A stretch of DNA of 64,000 bases from Macrostomum lignano (taxonomy: Eukaryota). The notes beneath the pieces were generated by a model that searched no databases, had not been told where the DNA came from, and was given only the letters and a program-made list of their open reading frames with translations. Shown here piece after piece: positions 58,801-64,000 of this stretch. Positions within the stretch are counted from its first letter, which is position 1; each line of letters opens with the position of its first letter. Location of the stretch: contig NIVC01000481.1 of assembly GCA_002269645.1 (NCBI GenBank), positions 310,001-374,000 on the forward strand, written 5' to 3'. A program made the translations under genes and the position numbers.

Positions 58801-61800
58801 TTCTCAATAAAACTGCCCTAAGCAATATGTTATTAGTATCTATATTGCATATATCTCTTCCAATCCTAGACATTCCCAAGATAAGAGCTCATAGCCTTTG
58901 GTATTCTATCTTTATTTTAAGGTTCTACTTTGTATCTTCTTATTTTTATTTTCTACTTCTTAATAGTATATATAGTCATATATTTCTCTATTTCACTTCA
59001 CTATAAATTAATTAAAATGAATTGAATCTTTTAAAGTTTACTAGGAATACTTTTTTTTAATCACTCACTTTGCTAAATGCTAAAAGCCATAAAGGTTTAA
59101 ACTGTGGTGGGCAAGGTTGGTCTTTCTTACCAAAACTTTGCATCTAAATTTTGAAGCTGTTTTGAAGAAAAAATAATTTTAGGAAATATTTCATAAAATA
59201 CAAACATTAAATCAAAAAAATTTTAGATTCGTGCTAATTTAAAGTGCAAATAATTTAGGATATTTTGCTAAAAATAAATAAAAGCCTTCTATACTCTTTA
59301 TTGCTATAGCTATAGCAACAGCTAAACTTTATTTACTATTTAGCTACCCTTCATCTTTCATTAGCTACAATGTGTGCTAACTAGCTTAGCCAGGTTGACC
59401 AAAAGTCTAATAATATAGTTCTATCTATCTATCTATCTAATAATATAGTTCATTATATTATTAGATAGAGGTCACAGAGACTTGGCTAAAGCAGTAAAGC
59501 TAAAGTAAATAATACTTTAATAGTTTCTTTTGTTGCTTAAATACAAATTGACTCATCTTTTTTTGTTCTATTCCAACTTTTTTAATGAATTTCAAATTTA
59601 AATTATTATATTTACAGTAATTAAAAATGACTTGTTAATAAGTATCTAAAATTAACAGCAATAGAAATAATTATTTTTACTAATAATTCTAAGATAAGAA
59701 TCTAATTTAAATCAAATTTTAAAATGCAATTTATGAATATTAATTATAATCATTAGGCAAAAGCGTAACAATAAGTTTTATTGTCAAAAGACTCATGCCA
59801 CTAAAATACATGCACATGTAAAATATGTAGACACAGAAATTAGACTTTAAGTTTATTAATTTTGTATCATAATTACAATTAGGCCTAGGCCCTTTTAGTA
59901 TTACTATACAATACAGCCCATAGTTATACTTAGTTTTAGTTCAAAGTATAAAATGCAAAAAATAGATAATAGTTAATATGTTTAAGATTTATTTCTACAG
60001 AAAAAATGCAAACAAATGCTTTGAGTTGAGCTTATTTAATTTGAATTTATTTGCACCTCATCACTTGATCATACTATAAAAATAACAAAATGGAATATGA
60101 TATTTGACGATCTGATCTGACCAGCAACAATAACAAAAGGAAGACAACAATTTGGTGAGGTTTCAGTTTTCAGCGACATTTGACGATCTGATCTGACCAA
60201 CAACCAAAACAAAAGGAAGAGGAAGACAACAATTCAGCGACCTTTTTTCAATTTTACTGTTTTAATATGACCTATTACATTTTATTGCTAAAACTTCACC
60301 TCTGCGTACATTAATTCTCGAAGCGACGAATCTTGAACCAGAAGGCTCAAAGTCCACCCATCGTACGATTTCAGTCCCTCCAGCTCCAGCTCCAACCGAA
60401 TCAAAACTCGAATCGAATCAAAAACTGCATCCTAGAAATTTAGATTTCCTTTTTGTACGAAAAAGTAGCTGATAAAAACAAATTCAGCATTTTAGGTTAA
60501 TACTCTACAACGTAAATTATTCTTTAAATATCAAGTGAATAATTCAATACAAATTGAGTTTATTATATATGATTTTTAAGTAGTTGAAGTCCTAAAATAC
60601 AATGTTTCAAAGATATCGTGCTTGAATCATTCCAGCACAGACTGGGCGTGTCCAAAGCAGGTTTTTCATTGGTGCATTAGCAGCGAAATTATGGAATTTC
60701 CTTTTCTGCTGCTAAATCTTAAAATAATTAACATAATTAAAACATTGAATCGAATGTTTAACTTAATTATTTCACAAGTGTGTTATATACTACATATAAT
60801 TCTCTACATATAACTATACCAGTGTGCATGACATGACATAGTTATACTCCATATTACGAGTGGAGTTCTAGATAAGCGTCTGAGTTAGGACGTCAATTTC
60901 CGGCCTCATTTCTCTTATTTATGTGACGCAGCTTTTTGGTTCTGTAAAACCTGTCGACACATGGGGATCATTGCTGAGTACTAACAATATTTCATAAATT
61001 ATCTGAGAAAGGATCGACAAGCATTTACAAATTTCACTTCCAGAATGCTTTTTTACATGTGGTGAATTCATGTAAATCCAGCGCTTTGAAATGGTACAAA
61101 ACAATTAAAGTTTACAGAGTTTACAAAATAGCTATGGTCGGATTCACTTTGTGTATTCGCTCTCCTGAACCTCTTGCCGAAGAAAAAGTGTGTATACAGC
61201 AGTAAGAGGGAATCAAACATATAGCGCTGCAGAAAGCAAGCATCGACGCCATTTTTGGCATCAAGCTTCATTTGCATGTGTATTTACATTCTCTCTATGG
61301 TTGTACAAGCATGCACGCTTACATGTAGGTCTTCCCAAGGTTCACAAAAACGCAGTCTGCTTCGTGGTGCACCATGCAACCATACTGTGCTGTATATGCC
61401 AGCTGCTTGGTATCAATCTTTCTCTCCTATACGCCCGCAAGTAAGGCAGAAGAAGAATTAAGAGCGGCCGAGGGGGTCGGGAAAGCCGAAACCAGCTGCA
61501 GTGGAAAGAAGCGGTATAACATATACAATGCAATAGTCTTAATCCATGATGCAGCAAGGAATATTATCGCTATTGCGATATATTACTGAATCTGCGCGGT
61601 ACGCGGGCTCCCACTGCCACGTGCAGCTGTATGCATGGCAGAAGCACCCCTCGTGCAGATTTCGCATTTCACCCCCTCCTCACATATTCCATAGAAAGAT
61701 ATTTCATCCTAGCTCGTATTAGATTGGATATATAGGCGCTTTCAATGGATTTGGATTATTTGCAGAAATGGAACTACGCCTATACGCCGAAAGCAATTTC

Positions 61801-61876
61801 TGTTGGGCAAAGGATTGACGAGAGTAATAAAATAATTTTTGCCGTTTTACCTTTACAACAGCTGTGAGGCCCTTTC

Positions 61877-62161
61877 CAGGGGCGTCGTCACCAGGGGGGG
61901 GGGGGCAGGGGGACATGTCCCCCCAGTTAAAGCCATTGGGGGGACATACCAATGCTTTGTCCCCCAACCATCCTTTTGACCCATTAAAGTAATCCATAAT
62001 TTTGTTTCAGGACGACAAAATATAGCGCCTGTGACACCAAAATCAGTGTACTGCGGTGCCAAAATGAGCGCTGAGAACACCGATTCTGAAAATAATTTAG
62101 GTGTACATTTATAATTCTTGGCTTTGTCCCGTCCACCATAAAATCCATGGCGATGCCCCTG
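61877..62161. mobile_element. Putative hAT-like MITE, 285 bp
   Basis: CAGGGGCGTCGTCA / TGGCGATGCCCCTG 14-bp TIR (2 mismatches), followed by the typical GGGGGGGCAGGGGGACATGTCCCCCC subterminal sequence. No clean 8-bp TSD. Confidence 0.5.
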
Positions 62162-62814
62162 CCTTTGGCACCTCTTGGTGCCCCTGATACTGGGGCCCCA
62201 ATGACCCAAAAAAGTTCTGGCCACGATCCTGTGTGTGTTTTGTGTGTCTGTGTGTGAAATCAGTGCCTTCCTTTTTTCTAACTGCGTAGGGAGGGGTTTG
62301 GCCATAGACAACACGCAAATATCTAACTATAGTAATAATCTTATAATCTTAGCTTAAAACGACCTGCACTAACGCTTCATCGGGTATTTTCCTTTATACA
62401 TGTGTACATGTAGCAGTGATTCAGTGAAGCGCAAGAGGGCCAGAACGGATTCATATCGAACCAATCGGACTGCAATTTCAAGCCAGCCAAGCGTGGCACA
62501 TCGTGTGGTTGAAAATCTAATAATAATGTCATGTATAGGTCTGACACAGCTCTCTGTTACAATATATATATGCAGAAATTTTGGCAAACCATGATGTACT
62601 CTGTGGTTTCCCATGCGTATGCGGGATTAGCAATAATCCTACTGCTGAAGTCTAGAGTGAGATAAGATAACTGATATCTATCTAGCCAACCGCTCGTAAT
62701 TATCTTATCCATTCATATCTAGGAATTTCCGAAAATCTAGGGCTAATTTAGTGTGTCATATTTCATTTCGATAGGGCCCAAAGTCAATGTCAGTTGGCGC
62801 CATAATTGATTTCG

Positions 62815-63362
62815 AATGGGCGCCAAAATCATTGTCAGTCGGTGCCAAAATCGATGCTGATGGGGCGCCAAAATCGATGCTGAAGGGGCGCCAAAATCGA
62901 TGCCGAAGGGGCGCCAAAATCATTGTCAGTCGGTGCCAAAATCGATGCTAAAGGGGCGCCAAAATCGATGCTAAAGGGGCGCCAAAATCGATGCTGAAGG
63001 GGCGCCAAAATCGATGCCAAAGGGGCGCAAAAATCGATGCCAATAGGGGCGCCAAAATCGATGCCAAAAGGGGCGCCAAAATCGATGCCAAAAGGGGCGC
63101 CAAAATCGATGCCAAAAGGGGCGCCAAAATCGATGCTAAATGGGCGCCAAAATCGATGCCAAAGGGGCGCAACAATCGATGCCAAAAGGGGCGCAACAAT
63201 CGATGCCAAAAGGGGCGCCAAAATCGATGCTAAATGGGCGCCAAAATCGATGCCAAAGGGGCGCAAGAATCGATGCCAAAAGGGGCGCCAAAATCGATGC
63301 TGAGAGAGCGCCAAAATCGATGCCAAAAGGGCGCAAAAATCGATGTCTAAGGGGCGCCAATG
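62815..63362. repeat. 22-23-bp minisatellite (gggcgccaaaatcgatgccaaa[a])
   Basis: Direct reading. Confidence 0.95.
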
Positions 63363-63849
63363 TCAATGCTATAAAAAATTTAATGATTACACTTTGACTC
63401 TCGACTCCATTTCTATCTAGCTCAAAGTTTGTATCGAGTTGCACAAAATGAAGAGCTAGATAAAAGTACCAAAGCCACGATTAAATCCAGGAAGTTACTA
63501 ACTGTTGACAGCTACTTGGTTATTTTTTTATATATGCATATTATATACATGTATATGGTCTTAAAGAGGGCAATGCAAATTCAACAGATCATTTCATTTC
63601 GGTTGGTTGCCCACGGCCGTTCGTGACAAGCAATTGCATTTCAGATTACATGTAATTAAAACGGCTAGAAGAAACTTCATATTCTTTATGTTTAGCATCG
63701 AATAGATAAGATTTTTTTGTATATCTGATAATAGCAAGTGTTCAACTCGATAAAATATCTTGATGCAAAAAATCAGAGGGGCATCGCCAAAACAGCGGAT
63801 TTTCACTGTCTGGAGGGCTTAAGGTGCGAAACGGAGAAGCTAAAAGGAA

Positions 63850-64000
63850 TTAAAGGCGCCCAAACACGGAAACGAAGCCAGTCGCGCCAAATCAGGGTTC
63901 AAGGCGCCAAAATAGGGTTAAGGGCGCCAAAACAGGAGTTAAAGGCGCCAAAACAGCAGTTAAAGGCGCCAAAACAGCAGTTAAAGGCGCCAAAACAGGA
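63850..64000. repeat. 21-bp repeat (aaaggcgccaaaacagcagtt), running off the window end
   Basis: Direct reading; shares ggcgccaaaa with the preceding array. Confidence 0.85.

Noticed and set aside
60100-60240. Direct duplication of about 77 bp (also a 28-bp duplication at 32885..32940)
   Set aside because: Simple local duplications with no sign of function.
61190-61589. Short ORFs and an exon-like segment (tag| ... |gtaagg at about 61329-61440)
   Set aside because: Open in all three frames, with no recognisable motif and no partner exons identified.

Overview
Repeat-rich animal genomic DNA with GT-AG introns, the standard genetic code and GC-richer exons. Most long introns are filled by their own minisatellite, a style that resembles the flatworm Macrostomum (inference only). 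I reconstructed spliced genes by hand, checking splice phases: a Rab26/37-like GTPase (-, 6 exons, switch-II Gln replaced by Thr), REEP5/DP1 (-, 4 exons), a secreted PAN/apple + F-type lectin protein (+, 2 exons), an intronless uncharacterised secreted protein (+), COA4 (-), a very divergent Rab27-like GTPase (+) and an ABCG2-like half transporter (-, at least 8 exons). REEP5 intron 1 holds two DNA transposons. One is an internally deleted maT (DD37D) element that could act as an in-frame alternative last exon. The other is an apparently intact 3.2-kb Chapaev-type element with a 680-aa RAG1/Transib-like transposase and 125-bp CAC...GTG terminal inverted repeats. Also present are a decayed Tc1 relic, several MITE-like elements, a sharply CpG-depleted block and more than 25 tandem arrays. 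Most long ORFs in the supplied track are repeat artefacts. There is no rRNA, credible tRNA or CRISPR array. No searches were run; family calls rest on recognised motifs.
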